DNA of 22,738 nucleotides from a virus: UHGV virus genome UHGV-1639218; one strand, 5' to 3'. Shown piece by piece: positions 1 to 6,890 of this stretch (position 1 is its first letter; each line of letters starts with the position of its first letter). The notes under the pieces were generated by a model. It saw only the letters and a program-made list of their open reading frames with translations, ran no database searches and was not told where the DNA came from. The position numbers and the translations under genes were made by a program.

Positions 1-71
1 GCGTAATTCGCGGCGTGAAAGTGCCTGGCGGTAGAGTGGGGATAAAAATCACCGAACTGGAGAACATTTGA
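1..71 (+). CDS. 3' end of an upstream gene (start lies outside the window), possibly a nin-region gene
   Basis: Frame 3 is open from the window edge to TGA at 69-71, which overlaps the ATG at 71 (TGATG). Identity not determinable from 22 codons. Confidence 0.3.
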   Translation, partial: VIRGVKVPGGRVGIKITELENI

Positions 72-265
72 TGAATGCTAAAATTCAAACGATACCTGAA
101 TTACTGATCTGCACCAGGGGAAATCAGACAGAAGTCGCCAGAATACTGAACTGCAATCGTGCTACAGTCAGAAAATACATTGATGATAAAGATGCGAAAA
201 AGCACGCCGTCGTCAATGGCGTCCTTATGGTTCATCGCGGATGGGGTAAAGATACTGATGCGTGA
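71..265 (+). CDS. ninH: NinH-like small DNA-binding protein
   Basis: Track ORF 68..265 begins at TTG; the ATG is at 71. Translation [49 protein letters not shown] parallels lambda NinH as recalled. Its stop overlaps the Q start (ATGCGTGA). Confidence 0.65.
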   Translation: MNAKIQTIPELLICTRGNQTEVARILNCNRATVRKYIDDKDAKKHAVVNGVLMVHRGWGKDTDA

Positions 266-692
266 TATCCGGCAGGTTCTTGAGCGCTGGGGGGCATGGG
301 CGGTAAATAACTATGAGGATGTTACATGGTCGCCCATTGCTGCCGGATTTAAGGGACTGATCCCCGAAAAAGTAAAATCACGTCCACAGTGCTGTGACGA
401 TGATGCGATGGTGATATGCGGGTGCATAGCCCGCCTTTACCGGAACAATCGCGATCTGCATGACTTGCTGGTTGATTACTACGTGTTGGGGGAGACGTTC
501 ATGGCGCTGGCACGGAAACATGGGTGCTCTGACACCTGTATAGGTAAACGCCTTCACAAAGCGGAGGGGATTGTTGAAGGCATGCTGATGATGCTGGGAG
601 TGAGGCTTGAGATGGATCGGTATGTTGAGCGTGAATTGCCGGGAGGGAGAAGCTCTGTATTTTATCAGCGAAAAAATAGTTTACGATCGTAA
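258..692 (+). CDS. Q: Late-gene antiterminator Q (144 aa, Stx-phage/933W-like type as recalled)
   Basis: Internal ATG at 258 of track ORF 159..692 gives a 144-aa protein starting [18 protein letters not shown]. Position directly after ninH and before terminator-rich noncoding DNA. Cys-rich central region ([12 protein letters not shown]). Confidence 0.75.
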   Translation: MRDIRQVLERWGAWAVNNYEDVTWSPIAAGFKGLIPEKVKSRPQCCDDDAMVICGCIARLYRNNRDLHDLLVDYYVLGETFMALARKHGCSDTCIGKRLHKAEGIVEGMLMMLGVRLEMDRYVERELPGGRSSVFYQRKNSLRS

Positions 693-739
693 AAATCTGC
701 ATATCATGATAAGAGTGGTTACATTGCCACGCAGCCGAA

Positions 740-762
740 CCCGCCGATGCGCGGGTTTTTTT
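740..762 (+). terminator. Intrinsic terminator, tR'-like, about 50 nt after Q
   Basis: Stem CCCGC (740-744) pairs with GCGGG (751-755), 6-nt loop, followed by a 7-T run (756-762). Confidence 0.6.
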
Positions 763-942
763 GTACCCAGAATCCTGTGAGCTATACGGAAAGTACACAG
801 AAAGGAAGGTACGACCGCAATTAATAACAAAATCTTAAAAATCTCATGTGGCACTATTAGTTTTCTAAATATTGTATATTTTAAGTATTGCAGGATAACC
901 CTGTAACGAAGTTTGCGTAACAGCATTTTGCTCTACGAGTTT

Positions 943-972
943 GCCAGCCTCCCCTGGTGGCTGGCTTTTTTT
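943..972 (+). terminator. Second intrinsic terminator in the Q-downstream leader
   Basis: Stem GCCAGCC (943-949) pairs with GGCTGGC (959-965), followed by a 7-T run (966-972). Confidence 0.6.
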
Positions 973-1462
973 GTATCCGTTCAACAGGAATGTTACATAC
1001 CTCACAATTAAGTCAGTTGAATGTTGTCTGCCCGGATGAGAATTTGTTAGAAAAAAACTGCATGGTGAATCCCCCTGAGCGGAGGGGCGACTGGTGACGG
1101 TATAATCTCTGATTATCAAAACGAGAATGACGCGGGTTTAGTGGCACCGGGCTGAACTCACCGGGAGGCACCCGGCACCATGTGCATGATGATACAGATA
1201 CGCGGCTTTAGCCCCTCTCCGGAGGGGCTTTCTTGTGGGCAAAAAAAGCCCGCGCTGGGAGACGCGGGCGGCAAGGAATAAACAACAAAACGTGAAGTAA
1301 TATTTCAGCTGGCGAATAATATCCGACAGTAATCACTCTGCGCAATAGCGCGGCCTTTTTCGTATTGCGGGCTGTTGTCTATCTTCTGCCATTGTCCTGT
1401 AACTTCCGGACTTCAGCCCGCTCCTCATTTTACTCACAATATTATCCAGGCCGGGAGGATTC

Positions 1463-3424
1463 ATGGCATTTAAACACTATGACGTGGTCAGGGCGGCGTC
1501 GCCGTCAGACCTTGCGGAGCGACTGACACAAAAACTGAAGGAGGGGTGGCAGCCATTTGGCAGTCCGGTGGCCATCACGCCTTATACCCTGATGCAGGCC
1601 ATTGCGGCGGAAGGTGATGTCACCACACCTGTGGTGGTGAAGCCGTCGGATGGAGAAGGCGCAGTTATCAGCACCACCAGCAACCCGGAGTATTACTTTG
1701 TTGTTGCCCTGGCCGGGCAGTCAAACGGTATGGCGTATGGTGAAGGGCTTCCGCTGCCGGAGACATATGACCGTCCGGACCCGCGTATTAAACAGCTGGC
1801 GCGTCGCAGCACTGTCACGCCGGGTGGTGCGTCCTGTAACTACAATGACATTATTCCTGCGGACCACTGCCTGCATGATGTTCAGGATTTGAGTAAGTTT
1901 TCACACCCGAAAGCTAGCGCAGCTCAGTATGGATGCGTGGGGCAGGGATTACATATCGCGAAGAAATTGTTGCCGTTTATTCCGGCGAATGCCGGTATTC
2001 TTCTGGTTCCGTGCTGCCGTGGTGGTTCTGCATTTTTGGCGGGCGATGAAGGTACCTTCAGCGAATCCACCGGCGCAAGCGAGACCTCGGCACGCTGGGG
2101 TGTAGATAAGCCACTGTACAAGGACCTGCTTACCCGTACTCAGGCCGCACTGAAGGCTAACCCTAAAAATATTCTGCTTGCAGTGGTCTGGATGCAGGGC
2201 GAGTTTGATTTGAAACAGGGTGCATACGCCACTCAGCCGGGGCTGTTTGATTCCATGGTGGAAAAATATCGTTCTGACCTGTCGGAATTCGGAGGTCAGT
2301 GTCTCGGGGGCTCTCCGTCATCGGTTCCCTGGATTTGTGGCGACACGACCTACTACTGGAAGCAGACTTATTCTTCGCAATACGATGCGGTGTATGGTGC
2401 ATACAAGACGAAATCCGCAAAAAAAATCTTCTTTGTGCCGTTTATGACGGATGAAAACGGGCGAAATGTGGGTACCAACGAGCCGTCAGAAGATCCGGAT
2501 GTTGCGGATATTGGGTATTACGGAGCCGGTGGTCGAACGGACGCCAAAACCTGGACGACGGCCGACCGTAAAACGCATTTTGGATCATGGGCACGTCGTG
2601 GGATTATTTCCGACCGTCTGGCAACGGCGATTCTTGTGCATGCCGGGAGAACCGCTGAATTCATTACCGGAAAACAGCCTGATACGGTGAAGCCCACCGG
2701 ACCTTCCGGTGAAGGTACGGAGAGAGAGCCGGAAGCCCCGGTCAGTAACCGAACCCTGATGAGTCTGCTGGCGTCCGGCGAAGACCTGGCATCACAGGGC
2801 TGGCGCTATTATCACAAACCGGCGAGCGGAGACAATGTTAACAAAAACATTGCTGAAGCGGTGGTCAGTGATGCGGGGGCTACGGGAGGTAAGGCCCTGC
2901 AACTGAATAAACCGGAAAACCACATCTGGTTTCTGGAGCATGATGCAGCCGGACAGGGAGTGGAGTTACTGAAGAAGGGGGGACGTGTGAGCGTACGGTT
3001 TAAGTTGCCGGGTTCACTGGTGCCGAATCGGTTTGCCCTGGGCATTTACTGGCAGTTGTCGTCCCTGCCGGAGGGAGTGACGCTGGCAGAGGAAGGCAAC
3101 GACATGCTGATGTCCTTCTTCCTGCAGACGGATGCGACGAACCTGAACGCGATGTACCACAAGAAGCCGAATGCGAAGCTGGATACGTTCGGGGTCTTTG
3201 ATAACGGATGGCACACACTGGCTTTTGAGTTTGCCGGAAACAACAGCATTCAGGTGACGCCGGTACTGGATGAGAAACGGGGGACGCCGTTCACACTGGT
3301 GAAATCTCCGGCATCAGGGGCGGCGGACAAACTGCAACTGACAGGCATATCAAAGGCGGCGACATATACGCTGCTGATTGACAGTGTGAAGGTGGAAGTG
3401 AACAACGCGGATGCCGCGGCATGA
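1463..3424 (+). CDS. nanS-p: Prophage 9-O-acetyl sialic acid esterase (NanS-p-like; SGNH/SASA hydrolase, 653 aa)
   Basis: 653-aa ORF with an N-terminal domain of the kind found at the start of Stx-phage NanS-p proteins, followed by a GQSN motif (VVALAGQSNGMAYG) typical of the SGNH/sialate O-acetylesterase catalytic serine block. Sits where Stx phages carry this gene, between Q/stx and the lysis cassette. Confidence 0.7.
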   Translation: MAFKHYDVVRAASPSDLAERLTQKLKEGWQPFGSPVAITPYTLMQAIAAEGDVTTPVVVKPSDGEGAVISTTSNPEYYFVVALAGQSNGMAYGEGLPLPETYDRPDPRIKQLARRSTVTPGGASCNYNDIIPADHCLHDVQDLSKFSHPKASAAQYGCVGQGLHIAKKLLPFIPANAGILLVPCCRGGSAFLAGDEGTFSESTGASETSARWGVDKPLYKDLLTRTQAALKANPKNILLAVVWMQGEFDLKQGAYATQPGLFDSMVEKYRSDLSEFGGQCLGGSPSSVPWICGDTTYYWKQTYSSQYDAVYGAYKTKSAKKIFFVPFMTDENGRNVGTNEPSEDPDVADIGYYGAGGRTDAKTWTTADRKTHFGSWARRGIISDRLATAILVHAGRTAEFITGKQPDTVKPTGPSGEGTEREPEAPVSNRTLMSLLASGEDLASQGWRYYHKPASGDNVNKNIAEAVVSDAGATGGKALQLNKPENHIWFLEHDAAGQGVELLKKGGRVSVRFKLPGSLVPNRFALGIYWQLSSLPEGVTLAEEGNDMLMSFFLQTDATNLNAMYHKKPNAKLDTFGVFDNGWHTLAFEFAGNNSIQVTPVLDEKRGTPFTLVKSPASGAADKLQLTGISKAATYTLLIDSVKVEVNNADAAA

Positions 3425-3559
3425 TAAAAAAAGCCGCCAGCGGCAGGAACGGAAGCTGGCGGAGGTAATCCCAATGGAGAATGTAAAGAAAAGATGCTTT
3501 CGTATATCGGTTTTTTAAATGAAAACAGTTCTCATTGTCAACCATAACGGTAAGAAACT

Positions 3560-3754
3560 ATGACATTTATTCATCAGGTGATGCTGTACTTCTGTACGGC
3601 GGTCTGTGTGCTGTATCTTCTTTCGGGTGGGTACAGGGCAGTGCGCGATTTCTGGCGCAGGCAGATTGATAAAAGGGCCGCAGAGAAAATCAGCGCCAGT
3701 CAGTCAGCCGGAGCAAAAACAGAAGCCCCACTCATTCCGGAACAACCTTCTTAA
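3560..3754 (+). CDS. Hypothetical small membrane protein (64 aa)
   Basis: ORF with one hydrophobic N-terminal segment (VMLYFCTAVCVLYLLSGG) and a basic C-terminal tail. Weak RBS. Same strand as the late operon. Confidence 0.3.
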   Translation: MTFIHQVMLYFCTAVCVLYLLSGGYRAVRDFWRRQIDKRAAEKISASQSAGAKTEAPLIPEQPS

Positions 3755-3779
3755 TAACCCATTTCAACGAGAAAATCCT

Positions 3780-4049
3780 ATGTCAGAAATAAAATCGCTG
3801 GTCACTGCTGAGGCAGTGAAGGAAGTCCTGCGCTCTGAAGAAGTCCGGAGCGCACTGAAACAGCAACTTCGGCAGAACCTTGAGGCGCGTCTTGATGCAG
3901 AAGTGGATTCAATTCTGGATGAACTGCTGGGCGCACCGACTGTTCCGGAGCCGGAAGGCATTGCGGATGACAGTGCTGTTTCAGATGGCGTCGGGTCTCA
4001 GCCTGACGGTAGTGAAGGGCCTCAGCCTGACGGCGAAATGATGATGTAA
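3780..4049 (+). CDS. Hypothetical acidic protein (90 aa)
   Basis: Internal ATG at 3780 of track ORF 3606..4049 (MSEIKSLVTAEAVKEV...). Predicted coiled-coil-like N-terminus and a very acidic Asp/Glu/Pro/Gly-rich C-terminus. Confidence 0.4.
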   Translation: MSEIKSLVTAEAVKEVLRSEEVRSALKQQLRQNLEARLDAEVDSILDELLGAPTVPEPEGIADDSAVSDGVGSQPDGSEGPQPDGEMMM

Positions 4050-4124
4050 CCATGCGCAGGGGGTGTCGGTGTGAGCTGATGCCCCACTTGTTGTTGTGAG
4101 CTTCCGGATTGCGGGAGACGGGGT

Positions 4125-4340
4125 ATGTACCAGATGGAAAAAATCACAACAGGTGTGTCATACACCACGTCAGCGGTGGGAACGGGCTACTGGTTCCTGC
4201 AGTTGCTGGACAGGGTTTCCCCGTCTCAGTGGGCGGCAATAGGCGTGCTGGGGAGTCTGCTGTTTGGGCTGCTGACATATCTGACTAACCTGTATTTCAA
4301 AATCAGAGAGGACCGTCGTAAGGCGGCGCGGGGAGAGTAA
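4125..4340 (+). CDS. S: Class II holin (pinholin, phage 21 S-type) with dual-start motif
   Basis: 71-aa [13 protein letters not shown].. with Met1 and Met4 (dual start giving 71- and 68-aa products), two TM segments, and a charged C-terminus ([13 protein letters not shown]) as in S21. RBS GGGAGACGGGG upstream. Confidence 0.85.
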   Translation: MYQMEKITTGVSYTTSAVGTGYWFLQLLDRVSPSQWAAIGVLGSLLFGLLTYLTNLYFKIREDRRKAARGE

Positions 4341-4344
4341 AGCG

Positions 4345-4689
4345 ATGAAGAAAAAATACGAACTGGTTGTTAAAGGGATAAATAATTACCCGAATAAGAT
4401 TACTGTTACTGTGGCACTGGAAATTGGTGGGTATCCGTCACTGTTGTTGCCAGATGTGGCGATTAGTCTTGACCGTACTGAAGATGCCACGCTGGAGTTT
4501 TACGAAGCTGAGGCGAAAAAGCAGGCGAAGCAGTTTTTCATGGATGTTGCTGCCGGGTTATGTGAAGGGGATGGTCCGTTGCCGGAAAAGCGCCCCGTAA
4601 TTTTAGAGGCGCAGGATGTGTTGATAACCTACAGAGGAAAACTACCGGGAATAATTACTGGTTCTCTGAAGACTCCACCGCTGGCCTGA
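4345..4689 (+). CDS. Hypothetical protein in the lysis cassette (possibly YdfR/DUF1327-like)
   Basis: 114-aa ORF starting 4 nt after the holin stop, with RBS GGGAGAG 7 nt upstream. Lies between holin and endolysin, as ydfR does in the K-12 Qin prophage. Family assignment is from memory only. Confidence 0.5.
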   Translation: MKKKYELVVKGINNYPNKITVTVALEIGGYPSLLLPDVAISLDRTEDATLEFYEAEAKKQAKQFFMDVAAGLCEGDGPLPEKRPVILEAQDVLITYRGKLPGIITGSLKTPPLA

Positions 4690-4739
4690 AGACTTAACAT
4701 ATCCAGGGATTTGAAATCGATAAACCCTGATAAATATCC

Positions 4740-5273
4740 ATGAACACCAAAATCAAATACGGCCTGTCGGCTGCCGTTCTGGCGCTGATTGCCGCAGGTG
4801 CGCCTGCGCCTGAAATCCTCGACCAGTTTCTGGATGAAAAGGAAGGTAACCACACCACGGCATACCGTGATGGCGCGGGTATCTGGACCATCTGCCGCGG
4901 TGCCATCCTGGTGGATGGCAAACCTGTCGTTCCGGGCATGAAGTTGTCGAAGGAAAAATGCGACCGGGTTAACGCCATTGAGCGTGATAAGGCGCTGGCA
5001 TGGGTGGAGAAAAACATCAGAGTGCCATTGAGTGAACCCCAGAAAGCGGGGATCGCGTCATTCTGTCCGTACAACATTGGTCCCGGTAAGTGTTTCCCGT
5101 CGACGTTTTATAAACGAATTAATGCAGGTGATCGCAGGGGAGCGTGTGAGGCGATTCGCTGGTGGATTAAGGACGGTGGCAGGGACTGCCGTATTCGCTC
5201 AAATAACTGTTACGGTCAGGTATCCCGTCGTGACCAGGAGAGCGCGCTGGCGTGCTGGGGAATCGACAGATAA
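4740..5273 (+). CDS. R: SAR endolysin (T4-lysozyme-like muramidase, phage 21 R-type)
   Basis: 177-aa ORF with an N-terminal Gly/Ala-rich weakly hydrophobic signal-arrest-release segment (LSAAVLALIAAGAPAP), followed by the E..D..T catalytic block (EGNHTTAYRDGAGIWTICRG). Confidence 0.85.
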   Translation: MNTKIKYGLSAAVLALIAAGAPAPEILDQFLDEKEGNHTTAYRDGAGIWTICRGAILVDGKPVVPGMKLSKEKCDRVNAIERDKALAWVEKNIRVPLSEPQKAGIASFCPYNIGPGKCFPSTFYKRINAGDRRGACEAIRWWIKDGGRDCRIRSNNCYGQVSRRDQESALACWGIDR

Positions 5274-5363
5274 GCAGAATATTTTGCTGAAAAATAAGGT
5301 ATGGCCACGCGGGCGGATAACACGAAATCCTGCGAACTGGCGAAACGTAAGTGAATAAAAGTA

Positions 5364-5400
5364 AAAACCCCGTTTGTTGGCACCAAGCGGGGTTTTGTGT
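5364..5400 (+). terminator. Hairpin plus U-tract downstream of the endolysin gene
   Basis: AAAACCCCG (5364-5372) pairs with CGGGGTTTT (5388-5396), with an internal TTGG/CCAA sub-stem, followed by GTGTTT. Confidence 0.5.
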
Positions 5401-5429
5401 TTCTGACCTTGAGTAAGGCAAGGGAGAAC

Positions 5430-5612
5430 ATGGCGAAGTATAAACGAATTCTGTTGAGGTTGACTATGAAAAATGGCCTTGAACTGAAAGCGCCTGTAAC
5501 TGATGACATCAGCAGAGCACTGGCTTTTGCCATTAAGTGGGTGGCGGTCGGTGTTGCTGTGTCCCCGATGCTGTATGGGCTGGCAAAACTGGTCATTGCG
5601 TTGAAATCGTGA
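5430..5612 (+). CDS. Small single-TM peptide A1 (60 aa; alternative start at 5466 gives 48 aa)
   Basis: ATG at 5430 preceded by GGGAG; alternative ATG at 5466 preceded by GAGG. Translation ..TDDISRALAFAIKWVAVGVAVSPMLYGLAKLVIALKS contains one TM helix. Its 3' 116 bp is duplicated at 5761-5877. Confidence 0.45.
   Translation: MAKYKRILLRLTMKNGLELKAPVTDDISRALAFAIKWVAVGVAVSPMLYGLAKLVIALKS
5497..5612 (+). repeat. Direct repeat copy 1 (about 116 bp, about 93% identical to copy 2)
   Basis: GTAACTGATGACATCAGCAGAGC...GAAATCGTGA aligned by eye with 5761-5877. Confidence 0.85.
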
Positions 5613-5626
5613 AGGGAGGATTAAGC

Positions 5627-5758
5627 ATGTCAGACAAACTCATAACGCTGGCGAAGATCCTCTGTGTAATTGTCGGCATTTCATTTTCACTAATGCTGGT
5701 TGCTCTTTTTCTGTCCCTCGCCTGGGTGATGTTGTCTTCGTCGGGGCTGCTGGGGTGA
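5627..5758 (+). CDS. Small single-TM peptide B1 (43 aa)
   Basis: Strong RBS AAGGGAGGA 7 nt upstream of ATG 5627. Translation MSDKLITLAKILCVIVGISFSLMLVALFLSLAWVMLSSSGLLG is almost entirely hydrophobic. Confidence 0.45.
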   Translation: MSDKLITLAKILCVIVGISFSLMLVALFLSLAWVMLSSSGLLG

Positions 5759-5877
5759 CAGTGACTGATGACATCAGCAGAGCGCTGGCTTTTGCTATTA
5801 AGTGGGTGGCTGTTGGTATTGCTGTGTCTCCGATGCTGTATGGGCTGGCAAAACTGGTCATTGCGCTGAAATCGTGA
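5755..5877 (+). CDS. Small single-TM peptide A2 (40 aa, paralog of A1), GTG start coupled to the B1 stop
   Basis: GTG 5755-5757 overlaps the B1 stop TGA 5756-5758 (GTGA), with GGGG 8 nt upstream. Translation (M)TVTDDISRALAFAIKWVAVGIAVSPMLYGLAKLVIALKS. Differs from A1 by 8 nt, 7 of them synonymous. Confidence 0.35.
   Translation: MTVTDDISRALAFAIKWVAVGIAVSPMLYGLAKLVIALKS
5761..5877 (+). repeat. Direct repeat copy 2
   Basis: GTGACTGATGACATCAGCAGAGC...GAAATCGTGA; 8 mismatches against copy 1. Confidence 0.85.
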
Positions 5878-5888
5878 ACTTTAAAAAG

Positions 5889-5975
5889 ATGAGTGCTGAA
5901 CTTATTCGGGCAATGGCATTTGCCATTCGTATTGTGGCCATTGCTGTTCTGGTCTGGGCAATCCGTTGGTGGTGA
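5889..5975 (+). CDS. Small single-TM peptide B2 (28 aa)
   Basis: ATG 5889; translation [28 protein letters not shown]. Stop TGA 5973-5975 lies immediately before the Rz ATG at 5977. Shares the MS.(K/E)LI start with B1 and the A(L/M)AFAI(K/R) core with A1/A2. Confidence 0.3.
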   Translation: MSAELIRAMAFAIRIVAIAVLVWAIRWW

Positions 5976-5976
5976 T

Positions 5977-6471
5977 ATGAACCGTGTTCTGTGTGTGGTG
6001 ATTATTGTCCTGCTGGTAGCCTGTGGTGTGCTTAGTCTGGGGCTGAATCATTACCGCGATAACGCCATCACCTACAAAGCGCAGCGCGATAAAAAAGTCA
6101 GTGAGCTGAAACTGGCGAACGCGACAATTACTGATATGCAGATACGCCAGCGTGATGTCGCTGAACTTGATGCCAGATACTCGAGGGAATTAGCCGATGC
6201 GAGAGCTGAAAATGAAACTCTGCGTGCTGATGTTGCCGCTGGTCGTAAGCGCCTGCGGATCAACGCCACCTGCTCCGGTACCGTGCGTGAAGCCACCGGC
6301 ACCTCCGGCGTGGATAATGCAACCGGCCCCCGACTGGCAGACACCGCTGAACGGGATTATTTCATCCTCAGAGAACGGTTGATGACAATGCAGAAGCAGC
6401 TGGAAGGGGCGCAGGAATATATCCGCACTCAGTGCACTAAGCTGGCTTTTTATTATCCGGAGGATACATGA
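5977..6471 (+). CDS. Rz: i-spanin Rz
   Basis: Internal ATG at 5977 of track ORF 5893..6471. Translation [39 protein letters not shown]...[23 protein letters not shown] matches lambda Rz almost motif-for-motif: N-terminal TM followed by a coiled-coil periplasmic domain. Confidence 0.85.
   Translation: MNRVLCVVIIVLLVACGVLSLGLNHYRDNAITYKAQRDKKVSELKLANATITDMQIRQRDVAELDARYSRELADARAENETLRADVAAGRKRLRINATCSGTVREATGTSGVDNATGPRLADTAERDYFILRERLMTMQKQLEGAQEYIRTQCTKLAFYYPEDT
6197..6382 (+). CDS. Rz1: o-spanin Rz1 (lipoprotein embedded in the +1 frame of Rz)
   Basis: 61-aa ORF wholly inside Rz in the +1 frame. Lipobox LVVSAC, proline-rich mature region ([27 protein letters not shown]) matching lambda Rz1. 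Confidence 0.8.
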   Translation: MRELKMKLCVLMLPLVVSACGSTPPAPVPCVKPPAPPAWIMQPAPDWQTPLNGIISSSENG

Positions 6472-6692
6472 AGAAATTACGGGTAACCGTAGAACCTTTT
6501 CAGGGAACAATTCCGTTCCGTATTTTGCAGCGTGGTCGTGTTCTTGTTGAAGGTTCGTTCAGTGGTAAATGTACGCAATTACACTCCCGGACCTTTCAGG
6601 TGAATGCCACGAATGAAGAGCTAACCGTGGAGTGTACGATGAATGCCGCTAAATGCCGCATGGTATCCGCTGCATTACAACCAGTGTGTTGA
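6468..6692 (+). CDS. Hypothetical 74-aa protein, translationally coupled to Rz
   Basis: ATG 6468 overlaps the Rz stop (ATGA), with GGAGGA upstream. No recognisable family; no obvious TM segment. Confidence 0.4.
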   Translation: MKKLRVTVEPFQGTIPFRILQRGRVLVEGSFSGKCTQLHSRTFQVNATNEELTVECTMNAAKCRMVSAALQPVC

Positions 6693-6890
6693 GCGACCTT
6701 ATTATCCATGCGCGGTATTGTCGCCGTATTCCTGCATTAACAGAGACCGCAGCCCGACAGGGAGACTCCTCTGCGCGAGTGTGCGGGGATAATCAAAAAC
6801 GATACACACCGGGGTTTACCGCGTTAACGGAGCGCGGCGTTGTCCCCTCATAGTCGCCTGTCCGGTGCGATGGTGGAAGAAACCGAACGT

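Noticed and set aside
865-1119. Minus-strand 84-aa ORF in the Q-downstream leader; also plus ORF 6653-6853
   Set aside because: No RBS and no coherent protein features; both overlap predicted terminator structures or intergenic DNA.
700-1460. Possible tRNA genes (as found between Q and stx in Stx phages)
   Set aside because: No GGTTCGA-type T-loop, no 7-bp acceptor stem pairing and no cloverleaf could be built by eye. The stem-loops present look like terminators. tRNAscan-SE would settle it.
700-1462. Shiga toxin genes stxA/stxB
   Set aside because: No ORF of appropriate size (about 320 aa and 89 aa) exists in any frame in the interval; the largest ORFs are under 90 aa and lie on the minus strand.
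3474-3518. 14-codon mini-ORF (MENVKKRCFRISVF) with GGAGG 9 nt upstream
   Set aside because: Too short to support from sequence alone; could be a leader peptide but there is no corroborating evidence.
5216-5861. Minus-strand ORFs 5216-5596 and 5640-5861, sharing an identical N-terminus (MTSFASPYSIGDTA)
   Set aside because: The shared start is a by-product of the 116-bp direct repeat read on the opposite strand. The ORFs run antisense through the endolysin 3' end and a terminator hairpin, with no SD. Treated as shadow ORFs of the plus-strand peptide genes.
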